This document shows, in pieces, positions 51,598 through 61,066 of a stretch of DNA of 64,000 bases. The translations under genes and the position numbers were made by a program. Origin of the DNA: Acidobacteriota bacterium (GTDB taxonomy: Bacteria > Acidobacteriota > UBA890 > WLXD01); contig CAXWPL010000001.1 of assembly GCA_963666215.2 (NCBI GenBank), positions 672,001-736,000 on the forward strand, written 5' to 3'. Position 1 is the first letter of the stretch. Each line of letters opens with the position of its first letter. The notes under the pieces are model-generated. The model searched no databases, was not told the origin of the DNA, and saw only the letters and a list, made by a program, of their open reading frames with translations.

Positions 51598-53280
51598 CTA
51601 GCCGTTACGCTCGAGCCAGTCGGTCAGTTCGGTGACAACGCGCTCGATCTCGGCGGTGGCAACGCCAGGGTCGTTGCTCGAGAGCCGGATGCTCTCGTGT
51701 GCTCGTACTCGATCGCTGCCGGTTTCGTGCAGGTGCAGATCGATTCGGAGATCGACTTTCTCCGGCTCGAACCTGTCGACCTCCAACGAAAGCCACCAAT
51801 CGGCAAGGTCCAGGGTGGCGGCGCGCCCGAGGCCGGGGGCAGCGATGACGGCGCCACTGAAGCGACGCTCGATGGCCCGCAACCATGCCGCTGCCTCCGG
51901 GTCGTCGTTCCAAGCGCGCACTACGGCCATGGTCGGGGCGAGCAGACGTAGATCCAAGTCGGGCGGTGGCGTGGAGTCGCGGCGCAATCCATCGATTACG
52001 CTGCCGGAATCGAGCCCTGCCTGGTAAGCACGGATGGCGTACTCCCAGGCTGTGTTGATGTCGCCGAGATCGCGCGAGACTCTGGCGATGTGGAGCTCGG
52101 AGGTCCCTGGGCGGATCTCAGCAGCGCGCAGGAACGACTCCCGCGCGGCCGTCAGCTTGCCGCCCCTCATCAACGCAACGCCGCGCTGGAAGTTGGCGTC
52201 CCACGACTCGACGTCGCTGGCCACGGCGCTGTCGAACAGGCGCAGTCCCTCGGTCGGGTTCGAGAAGAGAAGCTCGCGCGCCGCCGCCGCCACGTCAGCG
52301 CGCGCCGCGCGACGACCCCCCGCCGACGTGTAGTAGCCTGGCCTCGCGAATACGGTGGCCGCACCGGGTACTTTCACCTGGATCTGCCGCCAAAGCGGCA
52401 GCTCGGCGGCCGTTGCCGGCTCGGTCTCGAGTGACCCGGGAACGTAGCCGAGCAGGTACGACGAGCGCAGCAGCACCAGCACTTCACGGTAGCCGTCGAC
52501 CAGCGACCCGCCCGCGTGCTTCATCCGTCGCCCGCCACTGAGCTCGGTCATGCGTTCAATCTCGTCGCCGCCGAACGCCGCCGTCTGCAGGACGAAGAGC
52601 GGAACCTCCACCTCGAGGAGTCGGTCGAGGGCCTGTGGGCCGGAGGACAAGCTGTGGCTGTCGGTGCCGTCGGTCACGATGACGATGGCGCCACGGCGAC
52701 CGGAAGAAGTCTTGTCGTCGCTACCACACCCTGGCGCTACATGGCCGCCGCGGAGGGCCAGCAGGCGGTCGATTTGCAGCTCCTCTTGCGCGTCGACAGC
52801 ACCGATGAGCGCATCCCACAGCGCAGTTCCGCCGTCGGCGCCGGCGCGCTCGATGCGATCGCGCGGTGCCTCGTCCTGTGGGGCGCCCCAGGCGCTGCCC
52901 GGAACCCGGTGGTCGAACGGCATGACGTAAACGCAGTCGCGCGACCCGAGCGCGTCGAGAAAGGCCAGTGCAGCTGCGCGCGCGTTGGCCATCCTCGGAG
53001 TCGTGCTGCGACTGACGTCGAGCGCCAGAACGAGGTCGAGGGGGGCGTCGTCGGGCCGCAGGAACACCTGGATCGGTCGAGAGTCGCCGTCTTGGCGAAC
53101 CTCGAAGTCCTCCACCGTGAGATCAGGTAGAGCCTCGCCACGGTCGCCGAGCACGGTAACGGGAACGCGGACGATCTCGACCTCGGTCCGGTAGGTGGGT
53201 ACCTGACCGGCGGCGAAGATCGAGCTCGCGGCGAGTATCGCGAAAGCCGCGCCGGCTTCACGCATTTGTAACGGACTCAT
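51598..53280 (-). CDS. Secreted VWA-domain protein fused to a TPR and C-terminal domain
   Basis: PTYRTEVEIVRVPVTV, MIDAS motif DVSRS, GGTALWDA, VTDGTD, YLLGYVP, then TPRs. Confidence 0.85.
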   Translation of the reverse strand: MSPLQMREAGAAFAILAASSIFAAGQVPTYRTEVEIVRVPVTVLGDRGEALPDLTVEDFEVRQDGDSRPIQVFLRPDDAPLDLVLALDVSRSTTPRMANARAAALAFLDALGSRDCVYVMPFDHRVPGSAWGAPQDEAPRDRIERAGADGGTALWDALIGAVDAQEELQIDRLLALRGGHVAPGCGSDDKTSSGRRGAIVIVTDGTDSHSLSSGPQALDRLLEVEVPLFVLQTAAFGGDEIERMTELSGGRRMKHAGGSLVDGYREVLVLLRSSYLLGYVPGSLETEPATAAELPLWRQIQVKVPGAATVFARPGYYTSAGGRRAARADVAAAARELLFSNPTEGLRLFDSAVASDVESWDANFQRGVALMRGGKLTAARESFLRAAEIRPGTSELHIARVSRDLGDINTAWEYAIRAYQAGLDSGSVIDGLRRDSTPPPDLDLRLLAPTMAVVRAWNDDPEAAAWLRAIERRFSGAVIAAPGLGRAATLDLADWWLSLEVDRFEPEKVDLRIDLHLHETGSDRVRAHESIRLSSNDPGVATAEIERVVTELTDWLERNG

Positions 53281-53316
53281 CGGCCCGCGCTCTTTGGAGG
53301 CGATGGTGTCGTCGAG

Positions 53317-54963
53317 CTACTCCTGTCCGCTGTCTGGCGTGATGCTGTCGATCGATCGTTCCATCTTTTGCTCACGCACCATCTCGCGCACGTCCTCACG
53401 CAGTTGCTCAGCGTCGTACACGATGCCGTCTTTGATCGTGTATTTGATCTTGCCCACGCGAGCCACGGTGCCGTCGTCCATGAGCTTCACGGCTCCGGTT
53501 CCGTAGAGCACCTTGAGGTTCTCGAGCGGATTCTCCGGTACCACGATGATGTCGGCGAGCATGCCTTCAGCGATCACGCCACGGTCGATGGGTTGATTCT
53601 TTCTCTTGAACAGCTCCATCGCCGAGTGCTTGGTCGCAGCGCGGATGACCTCGAGCGGATGGAAGCCGGCTTCCTGAAGAAGCTCGAGCTCCTGGATGTA
53701 GCTGAAGCCGTAGAGCTGGTAGATGAAGCCGGCGTCGGAGCCGGTCGTTACCTTGCCGCCGCGGTCCTTGTACTCGTCGAGGAACTGCATCCACACCTTG
53801 TAGAAGTTCTTCCAGGCGATCTCGTCCCACGACGTCCAGTAGAACCAGTACGACCCGTGCGCGCGTCGCGACGGCTGGTAGAAGTCCCACTGCGAAGGCA
53901 GGGTGTATTCCTGATGCCAATCGGCGTTGCGCGACCGCATGACGTCGCGGCCGGCTGAATAGATCGTCATGGTGGGGTTGAGGTAGAAGTCGAGCTCGAG
54001 CATCTCGTCCATGACGGCACGCCACTTTTCGCCGCCCGGCTTTACGAAATCGACCTGCCGGGCCACCTGGCCGAAGCGGTGCTGCTCGTTGGCGTAGTTG
54101 TGGTCAACCGGGTACGGCTGCACCGAGGTGCCCTCGTACATGGCCTCGAAAAGCCCGTAGTAGTGGGTCATCGAGTCGAGACCGAGGCGTGCGGCGTCGA
54201 GCGCGTTCATGTCGGCCACGCCCGTCTGCGCCAGGTGGGCGGTAGTTCCCATCTCTTGCTTGTGGGCCTCGTCGATCAACGCCTCCATGATGTCGGGCCG
54301 ATAGGAGCCGAGCTTGAGCCCGTCGACGCCCTTGGCCTTGGCGTAGCGCACCCACTCGCGCGCGGTCTCGGCGTTGTCTACGGAACCGCCCTCCCAGTCC
54401 TCACCCTGGCCGGGGCGCTGGTAGGCAACAAGACGCGGCGCGGCGATCTCGTTGCGGGCGCTTCGTTCCTTCTCGGCAAGCGAGAACTCCAGAGACCCGA
54501 AGCCGACGCCGCGAGCGGTCGTGATGCCGTTGGCCATCCACAGCTTGTAGGTGTACTCGGCCTCGGGCGCCTTGCCTGGACCTCCCGTGTGGGTGTGCAG
54601 ATCGATGAGCCCGGGCAGCACATACATGCCGTGGGCATCGACCTCGTAGTCGGCGTCTTTTGGGCGGCGGTCCTCGTCGATGGGCAGGCCAGGGAAGCCG
54701 ACGCCGGTCACCTGCGTAATGCGATTGCCCTCCACAACGATGTCGACCGGGCCCATCGGTGGGCCGCCTGTGCCGTCAATAACCGTGGCGCCGCGGATGA
54801 TCAGCCGGTTGTACGGGCCCATGCCTTCCGAGCTGCCGCGATCGGGCGCCGGGATCATCTGCGGGTCGGCGCCCTGCTGGGCCAGCGCTCCGTCGGTGGC
54901 GACGGGTAGTGCGAGGGTAGCTACGAGGAGAGCGGCGAGCAGTACGAACGAGCGGCTACGCAT
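53317..54963 (-). CDS. Exported amidohydrolase-family protein
   Basis: Signal peptide; PGLIDLHTH, TGSDAG, HPLEVIRAAT, GMLADI. Confidence 0.88.
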   Translation of the reverse strand: MRSRSFVLLAALLVATLALPVATDGALAQQGADPQMIPAPDRGSSEGMGPYNRLIIRGATVIDGTGGPPMGPVDIVVEGNRITQVTGVGFPGLPIDEDRRPKDADYEVDAHGMYVLPGLIDLHTHTGGPGKAPEAEYTYKLWMANGITTARGVGFGSLEFSLAEKERSARNEIAAPRLVAYQRPGQGEDWEGGSVDNAETAREWVRYAKAKGVDGLKLGSYRPDIMEALIDEAHKQEMGTTAHLAQTGVADMNALDAARLGLDSMTHYYGLFEAMYEGTSVQPYPVDHNYANEQHRFGQVARQVDFVKPGGEKWRAVMDEMLELDFYLNPTMTIYSAGRDVMRSRNADWHQEYTLPSQWDFYQPSRRAHGSYWFYWTSWDEIAWKNFYKVWMQFLDEYKDRGGKVTTGSDAGFIYQLYGFSYIQELELLQEAGFHPLEVIRAATKHSAMELFKRKNQPIDRGVIAEGMLADIIVVPENPLENLKVLYGTGAVKLMDDGTVARVGKIKYTIKDGIVYDAEQLREDVREMVREQKMERSIDSITPDSGQE

Positions 54964-55410
54964 GGAGCCTCCGGCGGAGAGAAGAGCTTGTTGAGGCTGG
55001 ACCCGGCGACTCTACCTGCGGATCGCCTCGCCGACAACGGGCGCTGGCGGCAGCGCTGTTGTTGTGTCCACCACGGAAGTCTGTTCTGGACGTGGTGACG
55101 TTGGACCAGGATGATCCTCGGTCAGGCGAGACGCGCCTGGCGATGATCGGATATGAGGTCTTTGCAGCGACGAACCAGCGGGCGCACTACCTGTTCCTTA
55201 GACATAGATCCTCCAATTGGGGGCGCTCGCGGGAGCGCGGGGAGTATCCGTGCTTACGGCTCTCGACGGCGATCAGAGCGTGACGAACGCGCTGCTGAGC
55301 GTGGCGAACGGCCGCCGCGCGCCGTCGATGGCCGGTGTCCGGCAGCGGATCCGATGAGGAGGGCGGCGTTGAGACGCCGCCCTCCCGTCGGATGCGCGAT
55401 ATGAGGGGCG

Positions 55411-56040
55411 CTACTGCAGGAAGACGCAGTCTTCCTTGGAAGGCGACACGCCGGCGTCATTGAACGCGCTGACGCGGAAGCAGTGCTCCGTTTTCAGGGC
55501 CAGCTTGCCGAACCTTTGCCTGCGGGTATTGGCTGGCACGATTGTTACTCTCGTCAGCGACGGGCTGGCAATCCGGAACCCGGTTTCCCCGTCCACGTTC
55601 GACCAGCTCACGCGCACGGTTCTGCGGTTCTTGGTCCGCCGCACGGTCACGCGTCGCGGCGTTTCCGGAGCCCCGACGATGTCTTTGCCGAGCTGACGTA
55701 TTTTCAGGTCTCCACCGCTGGCCACCTTGATCCTCCCCACTCGCGGTGACCCTGTTGCGTTCTCTTCGAGGACGAAATCGAAGTCACCGTCGCCCGACTG
55801 CTTGCCACCCTGTGGCTTGATCCAGTCGGCCTTCGACGTGGGTTTCCATCCACAGGCGGGGGCATTCACATCCACCGCCGCATTGAAGGTCCCCCCTGTG
55901 CTCCCAGCACAAGGTTCGAGTTCATGTTCACGTCATAGAAACACGGAGCGGTAATCAGGATCGCCCCCGGTGCTCGATGCTGCGTGTCCGTTAGGTAGCC
56001 TATCGACGGTAGAGCGACGACGGCCAGGGTAGCCGCCACC
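55411..56040 (-). CDS. Exported BACON + fibronectin type III protein; frameshift in the C6 run at 55891-55896; start uncertain
   Basis: CGW..TSKADWI...ENATGSPRVGRI (BACON); VSW...ETGFRI...FRVSAFNDAGVS (FN3). Confidence 0.6.
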
Positions 56041-56238
56041 CTCTTGACCGATCTGACTGCTAGCGTGCTACGATCGCCAGCGTCGGTCGCAGCGCGCTCC
56101 GAGTGTTCCGCGGCCTACAGCTACCTTCGTGTACCGGCGATGCCGGGGCACGACGGCTACCGGCCGGCGGGCGGCGTCGGAAGCCGGGCGAGGTTGGGTC
56201 CTCGCTGACCTGAATTGGCCCGGAAAGGAGGTGGTCTA

Positions 56239-56283
56239 GTGATATCGAATTTATGTGGCTTAGCGGAGGTGGCGGCCCTGTAG
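56239..56283 (+). CDS. 14-aa small ORF MISNLCGLAEVAAL
   Basis: AAAGGAGGTG SD immediately upstream of GTG; ends in TAG. Confidence 0.45.
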   Translation: MISNLCGLAEVAAL

Positions 56284-56420
56284 GGGACTCTCCGCGCTCC
56301 GTGCGGGCGCTCGCGCGCCTGACACGGTGAGAGCGTCAGTGACGCTTGGTTCTAAGGTGCCCCGTAGTACTCAGTGAGTGCTCGATGATCGGGGAACCCA
56401 CCGCCACCGAAGCAAGTTCG

Positions 56421-56468
56421 GGCCCCGGCGCGCGACTGTTAGATGTCGCCGCCGGGGCCTTATCTGTT
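56421..56468 (+). terminator. Intrinsic terminator-like hairpin
   Basis: ggccccggcg...cgccggggcc 10-bp stem followed by ttatctgtt. Confidence 0.65.
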
Positions 56469-56569
56469 CAGGGCCGCGGCTAGTGGGCTGCGCCTCCTTC
56501 CGCTGGGCGACGCTCTGAAGGTCGCGGCCAGCAACGCGAGAGCGGCAACGTAGAGTCACGGGCAACGAG

Positions 56570-57637
56570 ATGCGTGAGTCCCCAGACTTGATAGCCCCGA
56601 TCACCCCGATCAACCGGATCGCCATTGGCGAGATCCGGGCAGCCGCTCAGCGGTTGGACGGGCGCGTACTGCGCACGCCCCTGCTGCGGTTGCCGGCAGA
56701 TACCGACGAGAGCGGAGCCGAGATCTGGCTCAAGCTCGAGAACCTACAGCCAATCGGCTCGTTCAAGCTCCGCGGTGCCGGCAACGCCATGCTGCTCGCC
56801 GGCAGCGACCGGCTCGCGGCTGGAGTGTGGACCGCGAGCGCCGGCAACATGGCACAAGGCGTGGCGTGGAATGCGCGCGAGATGGGGATCGCGTGCACGG
56901 TCGTCGTGCCGGACTACGCGCCGCGGAACAAGCTCGACGCCATCGAGCGGCTCGGAGGGGTGATTCGAAAGGCTCCATTCGATGATTGGTGGCGGATCTT
57001 GGTCGAGCATCGAGCGCCTCCCGAGTGGGGGCTCGAGGGATTGTTTGTCCACCCAGTCTCGGACCGGGCGGTGATCGCCGGCAACGGGACGATTGGCCTC
57101 GAGATTCTCGAGGATCTGCAGGATGTCGACGCCGTAGTCGTGCCCTACGGCGGCGGTGGTCTGAGCTGCGGCATTGCGTCGGCGATCAGGGGCTCAGGAT
57201 CCGCGGCCCGGATCTTCGCGGCCGAGGTCGACACCGCCGCTCCACTGGCGGCGTCGCTGGCCGCTGGGGAGCCGCGCCAGATCGACCACAAGGGCAGCTT
57301 CGTCGATGGCATCGGTGGCAAGAGCGTACTGCCGGAGATGTGGCCGCTCGCCAGCACGCTCTTGAGTGGCTCGATTGTCTGCGGCCTGGACGAGGTGCGC
57401 GGCGCGGTGAGGCGGCTTGTTGAACGCTGCCGGGTCGTCGCGGAGGGCGCCGGGGCAACGTCGGTGGCCGCTGCTCATCGACTCGCGTCGGCGTGCCGGC
57501 CGACGGGTTTGGTCGAGCTCGGCCACGAGAGCCGTTCCGCAGAGGGATGGGTCGCTCCCCAACGTCTTGTCTGCGTTGTTTCGGGAGGCAACATCGATAC
57601 GGCGCGACTGGCCGAGATCCTCGGCGAATCGCGGTGA
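56570..57637 (+). CDS. Threonine/serine dehydratase family PLP enzyme (fold II)
   Basis: KLENLQPIGSFKLRG, SAGNMAQG, PYGGGGL, SGGNID. Confidence 0.92.
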   Translation: MRESPDLIAPITPINRIAIGEIRAAAQRLDGRVLRTPLLRLPADTDESGAEIWLKLENLQPIGSFKLRGAGNAMLLAGSDRLAAGVWTASAGNMAQGVAWNAREMGIACTVVVPDYAPRNKLDAIERLGGVIRKAPFDDWWRILVEHRAPPEWGLEGLFVHPVSDRAVIAGNGTIGLEILEDLQDVDAVVVPYGGGGLSCGIASAIRGSGSAARIFAAEVDTAAPLAASLAAGEPRQIDHKGSFVDGIGGKSVLPEMWPLASTLLSGSIVCGLDEVRGAVRRLVERCRVVAEGAGATSVAAAHRLASACRPTGLVELGHESRSAEGWVAPQRLVCVVSGGNIDTARLAEILGESR

Positions 57638-57715
57638 CCGCATGGTCCGGCGGGGCCACGCTTCGACGATCGGAAGCCGGCCGTTGCCACGTCGCGAGTC
57701 GCGCGACGGGCAGGT

Positions 57716-58348
57716 TCATGGTCGCGGCTCGCTGACGTACCGACACCCGGCCACAGCGAATCGCAACGGTCGCGCCGCCCACTCCTGGGCGTAGTCGACG
57801 CCGACGCGTGGTCCGCAGGCGATACGGGCCAGCGGCAATGCGCGCCCACGCCTCTGCTCCAGGAATAGAGTCTTGCCACTCACGAGGTCCTCGGCGTCGT
57901 GCTGCCGCGTGATCGCCAGCGCCTGGCAGAGCTTCGCCGGTCCGGAGCAGAGGTCGATCTCGCGGTGAGCCTTGGCGCGTCGCGCGAACATGGTCTCGAT
58001 GCCGATCTCGGGCTGCAGCGCGCGGATCAACGCCGCTACGGGTTGCCCGGGCGTCCCGGCGACGACATTCATGCAGTGATGCATACCGTAGGTGAAGTAG
58101 ACGTACGCGTGTCCTCCGTCGCCCCACATGCTGCGGACGCGCTCGGTGCGGTGACCCCCGAAGGTGTGCGCGGCCTTGTCGGGAATGCCCAGGTAGGCTT
58201 CGGTCTCGACGATGACGCCCGCGGTGCGGAGGCCGCCGATTCTCGACACGAGGCGTTGGCCCAGCAATGCCCGCGCCACGCGTACGGGATCGCGGCGAAA
58301 GAAGGCCCTGGGAAGGCGCACGGGGATATCGGCGTCGGCGCTGATCAT
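57716..58348 (-). CDS. mpg: 3-methyladenine DNA glycosylase (AAG/MPG family)
   Basis: IVETEAY, YVYFTYGMHHCMNVV, LIRALQP, SGPAKLCQAL, GPRVGV. Confidence 0.93.
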   Translation of the reverse strand: MISADADIPVRLPRAFFRRDPVRVARALLGQRLVSRIGGLRTAGVIVETEAYLGIPDKAAHTFGGHRTERVRSMWGDGGHAYVYFTYGMHHCMNVVAGTPGQPVAALIRALQPEIGIETMFARRAKAHREIDLCSGPAKLCQALAITRQHDAEDLVSGKTLFLEQRRGRALPLARIACGPRVGVDYAQEWAARPLRFAVAGCRYVSEPRP

Positions 58349-58366
58349 TGGAGTACGCTACACGCG

Positions 58367-59374
58367 ATGCGGTACACACGATTGGGCGGCACAGGCCTCG
58401 AGGTATCGAGAATCTGCCTCGGTTGTATGAGCTATGGCGACCCCGGTTGGCGCTCGTGGGTGCTCGGGGAAGCGGCGTCGCGCGAGCGTTTCGAAGTCGC
58501 CCTGGAGGCCGGTATCAATTTCTTCGACACGGCCGATATGTACTCGCTTGGCCGCAGCGAGGAGGTCACAGGGAAATGGCTGGGTGAGCTCGCCGACCGT
58601 GACGACTACGTGCTGGCGAGCAAAGTCCACTTTCCGCTGAGCGACGCGCCGAACCGCTCAGGGTTGTCGCGCAAGCACATCCTTGCCGCCTGCGACGATT
58701 CGCTGCATCGTCTGGGGACCGACTTTATCGATCTCTACCAGATCCATCGGTGGGACTTTTCCACTCCAGTGGAAGAGACGCTCGAGGCGCTTGATTCGCT
58801 GGTCCGGGTGGGCAAAGTCCGCTACCTGGGCGCCAGCAGCATGGCGGCCTGGCAGTTCGCCAAGCTCCTCTCGACTTCCGACCGCTTGGGCCTTCATCGG
58901 ATGGTCTCGATGCAGAACCATCACAATCTGGCCTACCGCGAGGAAGAACGCGAGATGATTCCGCTGTGCCTCGACGAGGGGGCTGGATTGCTGCCGTGGA
59001 GCCCGCTGGCGCGGGGGTTCCTGACGGGCACGCGCACGCGCGAGAATCCGCGTGTCACGGCGCGGGCGCAGGACGATCAGCATGCCGACGCGATGTACTA
59101 CCGCGACTCCGATTGGCACGTCCTCGACGCGCTACTCGAGGTCAGCGCTGCCCGAGGCGAGTCGCCGGCGAGCGTGGCGCTCGCATGGTTGATGTCGGTG
59201 CCTGGAGTGACGGCGCCGATTATCGGCGCCACGAACTCGGATCACATCCGCGCCGCCGCGGAGGCGGCGGAACTGTCGCTAGCGGCGAACGAGATCGAGC
59301 GGCTCGAGGCGGCGTACGTGCCGGGCCCGATCCGCGGTCATGATCAACCTCTGCCTCGACAGATGAGCCACTAG
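58367..59374 (+). CDS. Aldo/keto reductase
   Basis: ICLGCMSYG, FFDTADMYS, IDLYQIHRWD, GKVRYLGAS, PWSPLARG. Confidence 0.95.
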   Translation: MRYTRLGGTGLEVSRICLGCMSYGDPGWRSWVLGEAASRERFEVALEAGINFFDTADMYSLGRSEEVTGKWLGELADRDDYVLASKVHFPLSDAPNRSGLSRKHILAACDDSLHRLGTDFIDLYQIHRWDFSTPVEETLEALDSLVRVGKVRYLGASSMAAWQFAKLLSTSDRLGLHRMVSMQNHHNLAYREEEREMIPLCLDEGAGLLPWSPLARGFLTGTRTRENPRVTARAQDDQHADAMYYRDSDWHVLDALLEVSAARGESPASVALAWLMSVPGVTAPIIGATNSDHIRAAAEAAELSLAANEIERLEAAYVPGPIRGHDQPLPRQMSH

Positions 59375-59456
59375 CTCAACGTTCGCCTCACGCGGCCGAT
59401 GCGGCTTTTGTTCCCGAGCCGTATCGCCGCCGGTGGTGGGAAGCGCATCCGATTTG

Positions 59457-59864
59457 TTATTGGGCTTGGCCAGAGTCGTGCTCGGGTTCTCCCGCTTGCG
59501 GCTCGGCGTTCTCGCCCTCCGGGACGGCCCCAGGCACTTGTTCCTGTTCCTGGAACATCGGCGGCGCCTCGCTGAACGGCTGGACCCGCTGCCCAATCGA
59601 CCGTAGAAGCCACACCATTCCCCCCACCGTCCCGATCAGCAGGACGATCAGAAGCACGATCGAGCCCTTTTGCCAGCGAGTCAGCGGAATCTTCTGCGGC
59701 GGCGGGGCGTGTTCGCGCACCGCGGCAAGCAGGAGCTCCGCGCAAGCGGGGCAGTCGCGGCAATGCCCCAGGATGCGCTCCTTCTTGTTCTCTCCGAGCT
59801 CCTCCTTGGCAAAGTTCAGGAAGTCCGCGGCGTCGGGATGGCGGGGCAAATCGGTGGGTGACAT
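59457..59864 (-). CDS. Zinc-finger (zf-HC2) anti-sigma-like membrane protein
   Basis: H...HCRDCPAC (HxxxCxxC) followed by one TM helix. Confidence 0.7.
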   Translation of the reverse strand: MSPTDLPRHPDAADFLNFAKEELGENKKERILGHCRDCPACAELLLAAVREHAPPPQKIPLTRWQKGSIVLLIVLLIGTVGGMVWLLRSIGQRVQPFSEAPPMFQEQEQVPGAVPEGENAEPQAGEPEHDSGQAQ

Positions 59865-59873
59865 GGCCGTCTT

Positions 59874-60740
59874 CTAGCCCCGGAAGATCTTCGCGACGGC
59901 CCAGCCGAGCAGCAAGATCGCTCCAAGGACGAATGTGCTGTGGGTGTGTCCGTACGAGATCGTCGGGTAATGGTTGCTCACCATGATGAGGATGAGCGGT
60001 TGCACGATGAACGTATTGTGCTTGGAGCGCAGTGGGCCTGCAGCCAACAGCTTGGCGCTCGGGGTTTCGCCGCGCTGTGCCTGGGCGATCAGGCGCGTTT
60101 GCGCCGGCAGGATTTTCAGCCACACGTTGGCCGCCATGATGGTGCCCAACAGGGCCCCAATCATGAAGAACGACGCGCGGGACGCGAGCACCTGTCGCAG
60201 TCCATAGTGGGTCGCGAGCAGCAGAACCAACCCTACCGCCGCGAAGCCCACCGGGCTACGCGCCAGCGGCGTTGCCACGAGCCCGTCGTAGACCAGCCAG
60301 CCGACGAGGAGCAAGCCCAAGCCGATCGCGCCCGCCAGCCGCGCGTTGCCGTTCGGCGGTACGAGCAGGCCGCCCAAGTAGTACGTGAGGATGAGCAGCA
60401 GGAAGCCGCTGATCCACGTCGTTGCGGCTTCCTATTTGAACCAGTGCAACTGCGGCGGCATTGCGGCGGAAGGGGCGTGCTTCTCGGCGAGCCAGAAGCC
60501 GCCGCCGTGAATCATCCAGACGTGGCCTTCCACGTGGCTCGTTAGTCCGCCACCGGCAGGATCACCTGGTGGTTCGGCAGCGCCAGGGCTGGCGGGCGGG
60601 GTCGGCGCCGCCAGAGGTGGCTGAACGGCACGCTCGAAGCGGTTGAACAGGTACGTCTGCCCGATCCATAACATCGCCGCGAACACGTGAGCCCAGCGCA
60701 CCAGCAACTGCAGCCAAGCGGTCAGGTCGTAGGAGCTCAT
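59874..60740 (-). CDS. puuD: Urate hydroxylase PuuD-like membrane protein (N-terminal domain only); in-frame TAG at 60432-60434
   Basis: RWAHVFAAMLWIG, WMIHGGGF, LHWFK*EA.TTWISG, GTIMAANVW.KILPAQ, RSKHNT, MVSNHYP. Confidence 0.75.
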
Positions 60741-61066
60741 CCCAGGTGCCCGTCCATCGTGGCCTCGAGAGGTACAAGCGGTCCTGACTCGGTCCGAGAG
60801 CTCGAGGACCCTATCCAGCGAGCTCAAGGTCCAACAGTGGCAGCGAGGGGAGGGACCAGCTCGCTACAACTCTGGAGCTCGGACCGCTTGCACCTGTCGA
60901 AGCCGCGTGGACTCGACCCAGACTGCCGAGAAAGCCCCCTTATCGTCAACCAGCCGCCTGGTGTCGGATCGCCGGGCCAATCGTGCGATTCGCGCGGCCG
61001 CAAGTCGATCGGATACTAGTTGGCCGCCGCGGCGAAAGCCACCGGCGGTCGGGCTAGGCGGGAGCG

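Larger units (their letters stand above)
56081..56468 (+). ncRNA. Candidate structured RNA containing a small ORF
   Basis: Extended -10 TGcTACGAT at 56066-56074; several hairpins; closing terminator; no long ORF in the region. Confidence 0.5.

Noticed and set aside
56081-56468. tmRNA or cobalamin riboswitch
   Set aside because: No tRNA-Ala-like ends or T-arm/CCA; AGGTGCCC..GGGAA is present but the downstream B12-box elements are missing
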